Source: Chloroflexota bacterium (GTDB taxonomy: Bacteria > Chloroflexota > Anaerolineae > VGOG01). From it: 33,075 nt of DNA. The stretch lies in contig JAUWOY010000036.1 in assembly GCA_030611885.1 (NCBI GenBank), forward strand, positions 1-33,075. The letters run 5' to 3'. The notes under the pieces are model-generated. The model was not told the origin of the DNA, ran no database searches, and worked only from the letters and a program-made list of their open reading frames with translations. Position 1 is the first letter of the stretch. Each line of letters begins with the position of its first letter. This document shows positions 32,946 to 33,075 of this stretch, piece by piece. A program made the position numbers and the translations under genes.

Positions 32946-33075
32946 TCAAGTCTGAATTGATGGGTAGAGGCGCTTCAGCTTGATGCGTGCGTCCTCGGTC
33001 GTGAAGCGCCAGTTGACGGTTGCGCCGTTGGCATTGCGCTCCGCTTCCCAAGCCGCTGTCTCCTGCGCCAGCGTC
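32946..33075 (-). CDS. C-terminal 43 codons of an unidentified minus-strand gene running off the window end (possibly transposase-like; weak)
   Basis: My minus-strand translation ...TLAQETAAWEAERNANGATVNWRFTTEDARIKLKRLYPSIQT ends at stop TGA (+ strand 32946-32948). It vaguely recalls a transposase C-terminus but I cannot place the family. Confidence 0.25.
   Translation of the reverse strand, partial: TLAQETAAWEAERNANGATVNWRFTTEDARIKLKRLYPSIQT

Overview
This 33 kb window is high-GC bacterial DNA (roughly 60% or more GC by eye) and reads as a chromosomal segment. The Pro/Thr-rich linkers and overall gene style suggest a Chloroflexota-like organism, but that is inference. The backbone carries housekeeping genes: eno, lon, folC, hpf, rplI, rtcA, an LMW phosphotyrosine phosphatase, comF, an HNH nuclease and a RodZ-like protein. 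It also carries envelope and glycan genes: a PMT/ArnT-family glycosyltransferase, an O-antigen-ligase-like membrane protein, two GT2 glycosyltransferases, a secreted glycoside-hydrolase-like protein, a FlgD-Ig-like lipoprotein, an unlisted Flp pilin and a hicAB toxin-antitoxin pair. Two accessory insertions stand out. (1) A roughly 5.6 kb island of visibly lower GC (about 48-50%) at about 12160-17850 encodes a standalone SLOG/LOG-like Rossmann protein, a 971-aa protein with TIR domain(s) fused to a C-terminal caspase-like CHAT protease, and a membrane SPFH/band-7 protein. This looks like a Thoeris-like nucleotide-signalling conflict module with a protease arm. (2) A roughly 5.3 kb cassette at 24397-29714 is bracketed by two 148-bp inverted repeats (about 93% identical) that are packed with nested palindromes. 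It encodes a 1073-aa fusion of three Cas7-type RAMP domains with a helical Cas11-like insert (a gRAMP/Cas7-11-like layout), an unknown Zn-ribbon protein and a Cas6-like RAMP. No Cas10, Cas1/2 or CRISPR array is visible in the window. The window also holds recurrent period-7 (heptanucleotide) tandem repeats at the 5-prime ends of several genes and inside folC, recurring C7/C7/G9 homopolymer motifs inside envelope genes, a dispersed 45-bp palindromic repeat, several consensus sigma70-like promoters and several bidirectional terminator hairpins. Many listed ORFs are antisense shadows typical of high-GC DNA and were rejected.
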